Source: a virus (lineage: Duplodnaviria > Caudoviricetes). From it: 64,000 nt of DNA. This document shows positions 36,644-46,306 of this stretch, piece after piece. The DNA is taken from IMG/VR virus record IMGVR_UViG_3300032216_000646, positions 1-64,000 of that record. The stretch is one strand, 5' to 3'. How positions within the stretch are numbered: the first letter of the stretch is position 1; each line of letters starts with the position of its first letter. The notes below the pieces were generated by a model. The model ran no database searches. It saw nothing but the letters and a program-made list of their open reading frames with translations, and had not been told where the DNA came from. The position numbers and the translations under genes were made by a program.

Positions 36644-37109
36644 TTACTTCCCTAATCTGTCGGGTTTTAGGATGCTTCACAAAAACTTCGGCTTCATCAG
36701 GGCTACCAATAGCCACAATGTCAGACCTAGGCACTTCCCACTCATACGTCTTCTCAGGTGGGTTAGATTGGAATGCTTTCCAAGATTTCCAGTTTGGATG
36801 CAACGAAACATTAGTGACGCCCTTCTTAGGCATGCCAGTGCGTCTAACTGTCACTGTGTCGCCTAAGCCAGAGTGGTGAAGAATGTGCTGCACCATTTCG
36901 TGGTGTTCTTCTGCTGGCGGTGAATCTTTTTCCATTACATCTTTGATGTATTCAATAGGATACCTGTGACTGCCGACGGTTGTGGAGTTACCGTAAACAA
37001 AATGCTCAAGTGCTGGTTCGCTGTCCATCATGCCAGCGTGATAGTCATAGTTCTCTTCAGAAAGATGTTTGAAGGCAGCAGCATCAAACTCTGATTTACG
37101 TCCAGCCAT
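36636..37109 (-). CDS. Putative R-S-E type ART-fold protein
   Basis: VRR.G, NVSL and EAEVFV motifs; start re-set to ATG 37109. Confidence 0.55.
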   Translation of the reverse strand: MAGRKSEFDAAAFKHLSEENYDYHAGMMDSEPALEHFVYGNSTTVGSHRYPIEYIKDVMEKDSPPAEEHHEMVQHILHHSGLGDTVTVRRTGMPKKGVTNVSLHPNWKSWKAFQSNPPEKTYEWEVPRSDIVAIGSPDEAEVFVKHPKTRQIREVND

Positions 37110-37660
37110 TAGATGACACCTGAACCTGAACATGTATGACACTTTTTGACCTGAGACATAGTGAACTCTTCATCGTAGTTCTCTAGGCGATGCCAGTGAC
37201 GGTCTAAGTCTTTATTGTCTACGCCATTACCGCCACACATTGGGCAGTGACCTGCACGAGTGTCATACTTCTCAGGCAAACCATTGATGCCACCCTTCCA
37301 TGGAATCTCCATGTTCGGGTCAATGTCGTGTGCGGCAGCGATACGGTGGTGTCCGCCCATAACCCATGCTTTGTCAGGGGTAGGGAATACAATCGCTACA
37401 GGCGCACGAACACCATGCTTTTTGATGCTGTCGTATAGGGAGTCGTTATCTTGACCGTAACCACCAAAACTGGTGCTTTTAGATGCGCCAAGTTTCTGAG
37501 GCATGATGTCTTTATCTTGGTCAACGTTGTCAGCAAACTCGACGTTAGGGTTACCCATAAGGTCACCTACACGGATAGTGCCTCTAGCGTTAGTCATTTG
37601 CTCTTGATACTTCTCAAAGTGTGGTTGGAACTGTCGTCCCATGTTCTCTGGGCTAGTCAT
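37109..37660 (-). CDS. ParB/Srx-like protein with C-terminal CxxCxGxG Zn finger
   Basis: SIKKHGV..PV...GGHHRIAAA. Confidence 0.8.
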   Translation of the reverse strand: MTSPENMGRQFQPHFEKYQEQMTNARGTIRVGDLMGNPNVEFADNVDQDKDIMPQKLGASKSTSFGGYGQDNDSLYDSIKKHGVRAPVAIVFPTPDKAWVMGGHHRIAAAHDIDPNMEIPWKGGINGLPEKYDTRAGHCPMCGGNGVDNKDLDRHWHRLENYDEEFTMSQVKKCHTCSGSGVI

Positions 37661-38085
37661 TAGTTATCCTTCTGTAGAGGCAACATCATTTCCCACATAG
37701 CACCACGCATAGCGTAAGTGGAGTTTGAAACTTTGTGAGTTGGCGGCTGAATCGTGCCGCCTTCAGATTTGACTACCGCTCTCGCCCAAGAGTTTCCAGA
37801 TGGGGTGCGAGAACTAGCATGCTTAGGGGCAGGGATAGATGGGTCTTTTTCGCTGGCGGATTTAGCGTAGTTGTAAAGAGCGGTTGCGATTCCTTGGCGA
37901 CGAACTTCTGGACGAGTTTCAACCTGCACGATAGTTCCATGCTCATTCAAGTTCAAATGACCTAAAAGGTTTCCACGCTGGTCTCTCATCTGAAAGGCGT
38001 GATGAGGGTTGCCATCTCTGTCTACGTGAGGTAGGTAAGTGATTGTGTGAGCAAACTGCTGACCAATGTTTTCTGGGCTAGTCAT
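37660..38085 (-). CDS. GNAT acetyltransferase
   Basis: ETRPEVRRQGIATALY; paralog of 34783-35538. Confidence 0.8.
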   Translation of the reverse strand: MTSPENIGQQFAHTITYLPHVDRDGNPHHAFQMRDQRGNLLGHLNLNEHGTIVQVETRPEVRRQGIATALYNYAKSASEKDPSIPAPKHASSRTPSGNSWARAVVKSEGGTIQPPTHKVSNSTYAMRGAMWEMMLPLQKDN

Positions 38086-38501
38086 TATGCGTTCATTTCT
38101 TTAGGTGGGTGATACCAGTCTCGTTCTTCAGAAGTTACCTCACCAGTTTCTGGGTGAATACTGGTCTTGTGAACCTTGTATAGGTTGACTTTTGCTCCCG
38201 CTTTCAGGGTTACCTCAGACTCTGCGTCGTTGTGACCTTCATCGTAGACTTTCAACTTGCTAAGTCTGTCAGCGTCAGTCTCAACTTGGCTACCATCGAT
38301 TTCTGCCTCAAGAACATGCCCAACTTCAGATGGGTATGCTCGATTAGCGCCTAGGCTAAACTTTTCAGCAACATCACGGTCAGTAGTCCAGTGAGCGCCT
38401 AATCCTTGATTAGATGGGCTATCTAGCCCCATGATGGCGTGACCGTTCATTCCACGGTAAACCTTGATGAACTGCTGCCCTACTAGGTGTTCGTTAACCA
38501 T
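38085..38501 (-). CDS. Putative ART-fold protein (R..ExE type)
   Basis: VYRG, HWTTD..VA..F and ESEV motifs. Confidence 0.7.
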   Translation of the reverse strand: MVNEHLVGQQFIKVYRGMNGHAIMGLDSPSNQGLGAHWTTDRDVAEKFSLGANRAYPSEVGHVLEAEIDGSQVETDADRLSKLKVYDEGHNDAESEVTLKAGAKVNLYKVHKTSIHPETGEVTSEERDWYHPPKEMNA

Positions 38502-38985
38502 TGCACTTCCCACATTCGTATGAATACCCCTCGTGACTATCTACAGAGCCGTCAGGGTTTACTGCATTGTGCTTTACAGAGTAATGACTATAGATTAGGT
38601 CTTCAGGCTTCTCTTTTTCACCAGGTAAGGTTTTAGTTCCCATAAAATACCGTTTGCTACCTTCGAAAGGCTCATCTGACCAAGTTTCTTCATTTTTCAT
38701 AGGAGTGGACTTCACTACTGTAAAACCTTTTCCACTAGTAACTACTTGCCCTTTGGAAACGACAGAAAGAGTGTCATCGTTTTCAATCGGCTTTACTTCA
38801 TGAACGTAACCATCTTCACCAGCGTAGCCACGTGCCACTTCTGGGTGGGGAGTAGCAAACGCTTCAGGTTCATCTCCTGAACCATGTAGTTGGTGTGGGT
38901 TGACTGTGCCTCCTAGTTTGATGAAGTTAGGAGAGCCGTGAAAAAGACGCTCAAACTGTTGCCCAATGTCTTCTGGTCTAGCCAT
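38494..38985 (-). CDS. Arr-like ART-fold protein
   Basis: LFHGS, AFATP...A..YA and VHEVKP motifs. Confidence 0.7.
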   Translation of the reverse strand: MARPEDIGQQFERLFHGSPNFIKLGGTVNPHQLHGSGDEPEAFATPHPEVARGYAGEDGYVHEVKPIENDDTLSVVSKGQVVTSGKGFTVVKSTPMKNEETWSDEPFEGSKRYFMGTKTLPGEKEKPEDLIYSHYSVKHNAVNPDGSVDSHEGYSYECGKCNG

Positions 38986-39364
38986 TTGGACAGTCCTCCT
39001 CTTTATGCCAATGTAACTCGCCCTCGGCAGGCACGTGACCTACACGGGTAATAAGATGCGGTGGAACTCGTGTTTCAGAATAAGAAGCGTCATCTTCAAG
39101 CCATGGGTCTTCATACATGTGTTGAACGGGGATGTGAACTTGATAAATGTCATGGTTAGGGTAGCCCGTGCCTTTGCCCGTCACGTGGTTTACCGAGTCA
39201 ACACCGTTGTAGACGTAAACACCACGAGGAACGTCGCCTTCTTCATGCACATAAGTGCCTTTAGGCGTAGGAAACAGCCCAGTTTTCTCAATAGAGTCTC
39301 TATGCTTCTTTGGGGCGAAGTGGAAGCCCTGACCGTTATAGAAGTCAACATTATTTCTAGTCAA
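38978..39364 (-). CDS. Tpt1/KptA-like ART-fold protein
   Basis: FH.A......SI...GL.P, GVYVY and VPPHLI motifs; TTG start 39364. Confidence 0.6.
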   Translation of the reverse strand: MTRNNVDFYNGQGFHFAPKKHRDSIEKTGLFPTPKGTYVHEEGDVPRGVYVYNGVDSVNHVTGKGTGYPNHDIYQVHIPVQHMYEDPWLEDDASYSETRVPPHLITRVGHVPAEGELHWHKEEDCPNG

Positions 39365-39965
39365 TGTAGTTGATTCCAATCGGCATCTGGGGGAAATGCT
39401 TGCGGGCAATCGCCAAGGTAGTCAAACCACCAGTAACTACAGGGTTTCCGTCGTTCCAGCGGACGTCTATTTTTGGCTGTTCAACGCCCGACGTGTATTT
39501 TTCGATTAAATCTCGGCTGCGCTTAGTTACGTTGTTGCGGTAGTGGGTTTCGAGCATCGAGGCTACTTGGGGCGCACCTAACCGTTTGACGGCGTAACGG
39601 GAAGCGTCAGGGTTTGACGGGATGATGTGGGTAGAAATGATGTGTGTGTAAGGTAACTCTTGCGGACGATAGGCGTTATGTGGGGGTGTGGTCTCTTGAC
39701 GGCTCTTACCAGTCACATCTTTAGTTATCGTGTGGACGTGTTTATCCATGTAAGTGTATTTAGACACTTGATTTACAGGATGCGGGTGGTATCCAGCGAA
39801 CTCTTGGGTAGAACTACTGTTACGAGTCTTAGGACTCAAGTAACCGCAGGTAGGACATTCGAAATGGTAAGACACCTGTGTAGGTAAACCACGGTGATTG
39901 TATGGACACTGTGTAGGTGTGTCACGACGAGGGCGACCAACTTGTCCCATAAAACCACCTGCCAT
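39357..39965 (-). CDS. Zn-finger plus degenerate ParB/Srx-like protein
   Basis: CPYNH...CPTC; PKIDV...VVTGGLTTLAIA replaces GHHR. Confidence 0.5.
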   Translation of the reverse strand: MAGGFMGQVGRPRRDTPTQCPYNHRGLPTQVSYHFECPTCGYLSPKTRNSSSTQEFAGYHPHPVNQVSKYTYMDKHVHTITKDVTGKSRQETTPPHNAYRPQELPYTHIISTHIIPSNPDASRYAVKRLGAPQVASMLETHYRNNVTKRSRDLIEKYTSGVEQPKIDVRWNDGNPVVTGGLTTLAIARKHFPQMPIGINYID

Positions 39966-40071
39966 CTAACTATCTCGACCACTGTGACCGCACGCCGCCA
40001 GTCAAAAGGTTCAAATACTAGTGTGCCATTCGGTCGTTGGTTTTGTAGGCTAACCGCTGTAGGATTATTGT

Positions 40072-40605
40072 ATGCCTGAACCAGTCATCGTAACCATCCC
40101 AGAACTACTAATCCGTCAATGCGCCATGCTAGGTGTTGAACGTTGGCTACAAAAGAAAAGCAGCGAAGACAAAGAGTCATACGCAGACGGACGCAAAAAA
40201 GGTTACCTCGAACATGACCTCCTCAACAGTGTGAGAGCCAACATCTCCGAATGGGCTGTCGCCCAACACTACGGTCTCGCATGGAACGGTGGAATCACCT
40301 ACACCAACGACCAACACGGTAAACGTCGCTACCTGCCCGACGTAGGAACGAACCTAGAGGTTCGGACACGTCGCACAGGTGGAGAGTTTGCTTTTTGGAA
40401 GTATGAAACCGAAAAGACAGGTTTCGCCGTGTTCACCGAAATAGTGGATGACAACACCTTCGAAGAAGTGCGCATCCTCGGCTGGCTGCCAATCAGCGAA
40501 TGTAGCCACCCCGACTATTGGGCTGCAGCCAACCGCCGCTACTATGTGCCTGCCTCTGCCCTAAATGACCCTCGTGACTTAGCGGCAGATGGTTTTCTAG
40601 GCTAA
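40072..40605 (+). CDS. Hypothetical protein, possibly nuclease fold
   Basis: TAGGAT -10 six nt before ATG; E..VA...PDVG..LEVRT pattern. Confidence 0.65.
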   Translation: MPEPVIVTIPELLIRQCAMLGVERWLQKKSSEDKESYADGRKKGYLEHDLLNSVRANISEWAVAQHYGLAWNGGITYTNDQHGKRRYLPDVGTNLEVRTRRTGGEFAFWKYETEKTGFAVFTEIVDDNTFEEVRILGWLPISECSHPDYWAAANRRYYVPASALNDPRDLAADGFLG

Positions 40606-41845
40606 CCTCTCTCTCTCTCCCTCTCTCTAGCCAAAACGACCCTTTTGGCTCATTTGCCGCACCCTAACCCTTTGGCTACTGCCTCCAGTAGATACCCTCA
40701 ACCATGTCTCCGCTCTGGGGGTGACCTGCGCACGGCTTCGACCGAAGGTGGGGGGGTCGGCGGATGGGCTGTCGGATGGCTGACGGACGATGGGCGAGTG
40801 CGAATCCTAGTGGTCGGCTGACCACCTGACAAGTAGTGAGGGGGGAATCGTTATACAACCGTGACTTTGGCTACTGCATCCGTCAGATTGGCGGTCGTGA
40901 AACCGCTTCCAAAGTATTAGCCACCACCCTCCACTGTTATCAGGTGTGAACCCAGTGTTTACGAGGGTGTCAGGTGGCACGAGGCTCGTAGGCGGGCTTT
41001 CACCATGTAGGTGGTGTGATTGGACGTTTTAGGGGGGTCAGACCCTCCTAGGGGCATCCTGTGGCGTTTTAGAGGGGGTGGCTGGTCAGCCAGTTGGAGG
41101 CATGTATAACAATCGTATAACGATGCCATTTACCTATTGACAGGACAGCCAACTTATGGTAGCGACCCCAAAAGTCACAGTTTGATAACAATCTCTCCCT
41201 CTCTCTTGACTTATCTCTCTCTATGTGCATCTAACCCTCTACCTGAACTTGAATGTTCAGGGGGGGTGACCCCCCCTGTGACCCCCCTATAACGATTTGG
41301 TAACGCCTATTGTGCGACAGGCGGTTTTATGGTATTTCGCACGTGTGCGCATGCGCCTGCGCTCGCACACCCAGATAAAACTGACCAAAACAATCGTTAC
41401 CAAAACGTTACCATTTGCCTCTGTCGGAATGTCCTACGGATGTGCAAGACTGGGGGGGTCGGCAACCCGCACCCACACGCACGTGGTCGGAGGCGCTGGC
41501 AGACCCCCCGTGCGGGCGGGTCGCAGGTGAGTGGATTCGCCTGCGATGCCACCCCCGCACCTACCGCAAGGTGACCGCCTCCCCGCAAGGGCTAGGGTCG
41601 GGGGTCGAGGCTCACGAACCGCCACTGACCGTGATAACTCCATAGTGACTACGAAACACACATACAGGATTCCGACACCAGCCACGAAGTAGGCGCATCA
41701 TGCGCCGATTCCAGTTGCAACAAGGTTCAGCCTCTCCATCGACAGGACGATGGCGTGGCTGGTGTCGACCCTCCTGTCTCTGACCGCTTATCGGACACCA
41801 GCGCTCCCCCCGCTGGTGTCCGTTGAGTTGCCAGAGGCAACTCGA

Positions 41846-41861
41846 TGTTTCACGTGAAACA
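41846..41861. promoter_or_regulatory. parS centromere-like site
   Basis: Exact TGTTTCACGTGAAACA palindrome. Confidence 0.85.
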
Positions 41862-41907
41862 TTGCTCAACCTGCTCCATCAACCCAAGAACGTGAGTGTG
41901 ATAACCC

Positions 41908-43254
41908 ATGACATACGCAACCATCATCAAGTCGGCACACAGTGCCTCACTGCCACGAGAGACCGTGGTAATCGCAACGCCATCAGGCGTCCGTGCATTC
42001 ACCCGCACCAACAACGGTGCGAGGGGTGCATCCAACAAGTGGTCGGTCGGCTCACCAGCCAACGCCGACCTCGAACTGGTCTACGGTCAGCCAGTGTCTC
42101 TGGCACTGACTGCCACTGACCTTGCCGAACTGGACTCTGCTCCATCGCACACTGGCTACCCTGCCAACATGCTCCAGCGTCTAGGTCGTGCCATCCGCAC
42201 AGAGGTCGCACTGACCTCGACCAAACTGGTCGACCAGTTGGCAACCGTCTGGCATCTAGCCGAAACGGACGCCGACTCACTGGGTCAATACGTCAAGGGT
42301 CAGACAGTGGCATCCGTGCCGACCATGTCTGCTCCGACCGTGGTTGCCTCCGTGGTGACTGCTCCGAACGTGCCAGTTGCATCGGCATCCGTCAGCCAGT
42401 CCGTCAGCGGTTCAGCGCCAGTCGCATCGAACGCATTGCGCATCCCGCAACTGACAGAGCCAGAACTTGCGGGCTACATTGACCGTGTGTTCGGCAACAA
42501 GAAACGCACTGGTGTCGAACTGCTCGACCACGCTCGCAAGGTCGGATTCAACGTCCGCATCGAGGGTCACGCAGGCACTGGCAAGACCACGTTCACCCGC
42601 TACTATGCGGGCATGCGAGGTCTCATTCACGTTGCTATCCCATGCTCCCCGCAGACCGACTCACTGGACGTGCAGGGTGGCTGGGTGCGTGACTCGTTAG
42701 GTGGCTGGAGATTCCAACTCTCTCCATTCGCAGAGGCGATTCAGCAACCGTCAGTGATTCTGCTCAACGAGGCGAACCGCATGCCATCCAAGGGTCAAAA
42801 CATGTTCTTGCAGGTTCTGCAGGAGCGCCGACTGACCTTGTCGACCTACGACAACAGCGTCATTGAGGTTCACCCTGACTGCCTAATCATTGCCGACCTG
42901 AACGCTGGTCGGCAATACGTAAGCACGAACGCACTTGACCCTGCATTCGTTGACCGATTCAAGTTGCCAATCGTGTTCGGTTACGACCGTGACATCGAGG
43001 AGAAACTGGTCAAGTCCAAGACCCTGCTCGACTTCGCATGGAACGTGCGCAGTCAGCCACAGGTCTACAGAGACACCCCTGTCTCTGTCCGCATGTTGAC
43101 TGCATTCGAGGCGAACGCCATCGGGTTGCAGGACATCAGCATCGCCATCGAGGTGTTCGCAAACGCATTCACCAACCCAATCGAGCGTGACAGCATCCGC
43201 ACCGCTCTTGAGGCGGAGGCATTCCGCATTGAAACCGACCTAGGCATTGCCTAG
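41908..43254 (+). CDS. MoxR/CbbQ/CobS-type AAA+ ATPase
   Basis: GHAGTGKT, ILLNEANR, ALDPAFVDRF and SVR motifs. Confidence 0.9.
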   Translation: MTYATIIKSAHSASLPRETVVIATPSGVRAFTRTNNGARGASNKWSVGSPANADLELVYGQPVSLALTATDLAELDSAPSHTGYPANMLQRLGRAIRTEVALTSTKLVDQLATVWHLAETDADSLGQYVKGQTVASVPTMSAPTVVASVVTAPNVPVASASVSQSVSGSAPVASNALRIPQLTEPELAGYIDRVFGNKKRTGVELLDHARKVGFNVRIEGHAGTGKTTFTRYYAGMRGLIHVAIPCSPQTDSLDVQGGWVRDSLGGWRFQLSPFAEAIQQPSVILLNEANRMPSKGQNMFLQVLQERRLTLSTYDNSVIEVHPDCLIIADLNAGRQYVSTNALDPAFVDRFKLPIVFGYDRDIEEKLVKSKTLLDFAWNVRSQPQVYRDTPVSVRMLTAFEANAIGLQDISIAIEVFANAFTNPIERDSIRTALEAEAFRIETDLGIA

Positions 43255-43276
43255 GTCACGAGGAGAAACGATAACC

Positions 43277-45316
43277 ATGAACGAACTAATCATCCGTGAG
43301 AGCGTCCGTGACGCTCAATCCGAATACGCACAGCGTTGGGCATCGGTCGTTGCGAAGTTCGCAACTGCACTGACTGGTCAGCGCATCGACTGCTCACTCT
43401 CTGCAGAGACCATCGCACCAGCGTGGTCAAGTGAGTCGAGCATCTGGCTATCAGAGCCAACCTTGCCTGACCTCCAGACCACACACGGTGTGTTGGTTGC
43501 CAAGGGTCTGGCACTGCACGAACTGGGTCACATCCTGTTCACCCCTCGCAACGCAACCCAGTGGAGACGCACCGTCAACGCAGAGGGTCTAGGCGAGGCG
43601 ATGAACATCCTTGAGGACATGCGACTTGAGTCATTGCTGGTCGCACGTCACCGTAGCAGTGTCTCACCATGGTTGTCGGCGCTTATCCTGCACTACCTGC
43701 TGGACGATGCCAAGACCATCCCGCTTGCATTCCCTTTGATTCATGGGCGCAAGTTCTTGCCACTGGCAGTCCGTCAGGACGTCCGTGACGCCTACGAACA
43801 CCAGCACATCGTGCCTGACCTCGTGCGCATCATTGACGCCTACCGCAAGGTAGTTCTGCCTCGTGACACTGACCTGTCTCTCGACCTCATTCGTGAGTTC
43901 AAGCAGGTTCTTGACTCTGTCAAGCCGACTGGCTCTGGCACTGGCAACGGTGGCACTGGCGAGGGCGAGGGTTCAACCAGCCAGCCACCGCAGGGTGGAT
44001 GCGGAGTGCCTAACCCGAACCACCCGACTGGTCGACCAGAGTCCTACGACTCTGACCCTGACCACGCACCTCTGTCCAACAAGGAGCAGGAGCAGTTGAC
44101 TGACCGCATGGACGAGACCACAGAGGGTGGCGAGACTGACGAGTCACCTGCCAAGGACAAGGACGAGTCCGCAACAAACAACCAGCCAGCCGATGCAGAT
44201 GATGCTGACGCCGATGGTGACGATGCGGATTCTGACGGAGGCGATTCATCCGACAGTGACTCCGACAGTGACGCCGATGACGATTCTGATTCAGATTCAG
44301 ATTCGACCGATGGCGGTTGCACACTAGGTGGCTCGACCGATGGTGACTCCGATGGCGATGCTGACGGTGACGCCGATGGCGATGCTGACGGTGACAACGG
44401 TCAGCCAACCGACCAGCCAACCGACAAGGGTGGCAAGGGTGCAGGTCAGGACGATGGCTCACAGCCAGCGCCTACCAGCCTGCAGGACGCACTGGACGCC
44501 ATTGCCTCGACCCTGTCTGACGCCATTAGTCAGGTGCAGGAGCAGGTAGGTCTGTCACCTGACCTCCAGTCAGTTGACAACGTGTTCGCACAGCCTGCCG
44601 ACTACAACGAGGTCAAGATGGATGACCCGAAACTGGGTCACGCATCCATCACCATGGCGGAGGAGTTGGAGCGCCTACGTGCCGAACACGAGCCTGCATG
44701 GGAGCGTGAGACCCGCACTGGACGCCTCAACGTTGGACGCCTAGTCAACAACGAGGACACCGACCTACCATTCGACCGCTGGAACGATGGTCAGGACGAT
44801 GTCACCGCAGTCGAGGCAGTTATCATCCTCGACAACAGCGGGTCGATGGCTGGCGAACGTGCCACCAACGCCTACCGTTCGATGTTCGCTCTCAAGAGTG
44901 CGCTCGACATGCTGGGCGATGCACGTTGCACCGTGTTGACATTCAACTACCGTGCGCACCTGCTCTATGGTGCGGACGAGGTTGCAGGCTCAACCATCCG
45001 TGACGCAGGCGCATCAGGTGGCACGAACGCACACGATGCCATCGCCTATGCGACCAACGTCCTTGCCAAGTCAGAACAGCCAATCAAGTTGTTCTTTGCC
45101 ATCACCGATGGTGACTGGTCGGACGCCAACCGTTCGGATGAACTAATCGGCAAGTTGCGAGACGCTGGTGTCCTCACCGCCATCGCACAGGTCGGTGGCG
45201 GTTCAACCAACGACCACGGATGCGAGGTCTACAGCGATGTCAACAACACCGCCGACCTCCTCGTCCTAGGTCGCAAACTGGTCAACCTCGCAGTTGACCG
45301 CAACCTCGCTCGCTAG
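43277..45316 (+). CDS. HExxH + acidic linker + VWA protein (CobT-like)
   Basis: LHELGH, NILEDMRLE, DNSGS MIDAS, GGT and ITDG motifs. Confidence 0.9.
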   Translation: MNELIIRESVRDAQSEYAQRWASVVAKFATALTGQRIDCSLSAETIAPAWSSESSIWLSEPTLPDLQTTHGVLVAKGLALHELGHILFTPRNATQWRRTVNAEGLGEAMNILEDMRLESLLVARHRSSVSPWLSALILHYLLDDAKTIPLAFPLIHGRKFLPLAVRQDVRDAYEHQHIVPDLVRIIDAYRKVVLPRDTDLSLDLIREFKQVLDSVKPTGSGTGNGGTGEGEGSTSQPPQGGCGVPNPNHPTGRPESYDSDPDHAPLSNKEQEQLTDRMDETTEGGETDESPAKDKDESATNNQPADADDADADGDDADSDGGDSSDSDSDSDADDDSDSDSDSTDGGCTLGGSTDGDSDGDADGDADGDADGDNGQPTDQPTDKGGKGAGQDDGSQPAPTSLQDALDAIASTLSDAISQVQEQVGLSPDLQSVDNVFAQPADYNEVKMDDPKLGHASITMAEELERLRAEHEPAWERETRTGRLNVGRLVNNEDTDLPFDRWNDGQDDVTAVEAVIILDNSGSMAGERATNAYRSMFALKSALDMLGDARCTVLTFNYRAHLLYGADEVAGSTIRDAGASGGTNAHDAIAYATNVLAKSEQPIKLFFAITDGDWSDANRSDELIGKLRDAGVLTAIAQVGGGSTNDHGCEVYSDVNNTADLLVLGRKLVNLAVDRNLAR

Positions 45317-45338
45317 TCGAGCGGGGTTGCTCCCAACG

Positions 45339-45382
45339 ACTGGCTGGCATCGGGCTTATCACACTCACCGATGCCAGCCAGT
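45339..45382 (+). terminator. 15-bp perfect hairpin after the VWA gene
   Basis: ACTGGCTGGCATCGG/CCGATGCCAGCCAGT. Confidence 0.6.
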
Positions 45383-45497
45383 TCTCACATCCGTCACATC
45401 ATCCGTTAGACCTGTCTCATCCTTCGTTCAGAACTTTCTCTGGCAAGGGCAACCCGCAACAAACAAATCCATCAACGCTAAAGGAGCGTGGTAACCC

Positions 45498-46178
45498 ATG
45501 ACAATCAACCATCGACCAGCAGGCTCGCCTGCCTCTAACCAATACGGACAGTTCACCGTCCGCTACGCATCACCAGCGCAACAGCGATTCATCGCCAAAC
45601 TGCTGGACGAACGTGACCACACGCTGGGCGCACTTGACCCAGCGACCGTGAACGTTCAGAACGCCTCCAGCATCATCGACCAGTTGCTGGCATTCCCTAT
45701 CCGTGCCGACAAGGTGGTCTACGCCTCTGACAAACAGCGAGCGTTCATCACCTCGCTCCGTGAGTCCAAGGTCAACGGTGGCATCATCGTGGACGAGGCG
45801 CTCGCCAAGTTCGGTGTGACCCTCGACCAGATAACCTCCACGCAGGCACGTAACCTCATTGACCGCCTGCTGGTGGCTCAATCCATCCCCAAGACCGTCA
45901 GGGTCGAGGTGGGCGCTTACATGCACAAGGGCGTGGTCTACAGCGTCCGCAGAGGCACACAGTCGGGCAACCTCAACGCATTCCAGTGGAATGGTGACGC
46001 ATGGGTCTACGCTGGCGCAGTCAAATACGCCATCGAGCCATCGGAGCGCCTAAGCCTCATGGATGCGATGAACTTCGGAGCAGGCACAGGCGTCTGTGTC
46101 CACTGCGGTCGAACCCTGACCGACCCTGACAGCGTTCGATTCGGCATCGGCTCAACCTGTCGCAAGAAATACAACTAG
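45498..46178 (+). CDS. DUF6011-type Zn-finger protein
   Basis: CVHCGRTLTDPDS...GIGSTC. Confidence 0.8.
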   Translation: MTINHRPAGSPASNQYGQFTVRYASPAQQRFIAKLLDERDHTLGALDPATVNVQNASSIIDQLLAFPIRADKVVYASDKQRAFITSLRESKVNGGIIVDEALAKFGVTLDQITSTQARNLIDRLLVAQSIPKTVRVEVGAYMHKGVVYSVRRGTQSGNLNAFQWNGDAWVYAGAVKYAIEPSERLSLMDAMNFGAGTGVCVHCGRTLTDPDSVRFGIGSTCRKKYN

Positions 46179-46306
46179 TCATACACGTGTCCGTCCGTAA
46201 GTCCATCCGCCAGTTTTTGGATACCCCGGTGAAAGCCAGGTCGTACCAATCCCTGACGGATGGACTCGGACGTTCATCGTCCGTCAACCTATCCATTGGA
46301 GCAAAC

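Noticed and set aside
34457-37660. Phage ParAB partition system cognate to the parS site
   Set aside because: The ParB-like ORFs have only the ParB/Srx domain, no evident HTH, and there is no parA in the window
1069-39900. Numerous plus-strand ORFs opposite virion genes
   Set aside because: Antisense shadows of codon-biased minus-strand genes
40676-41869. Short ORFs in the central intergenic region
   Set aside because: Mutually overlapping, low-complexity, no RBS or family motifs
44190-44420. Tandem GATGGCGATGCTGACGGTGAC-type repeats as a DNA element
   Set aside because: In-frame coding repeats of the Asp-rich linker
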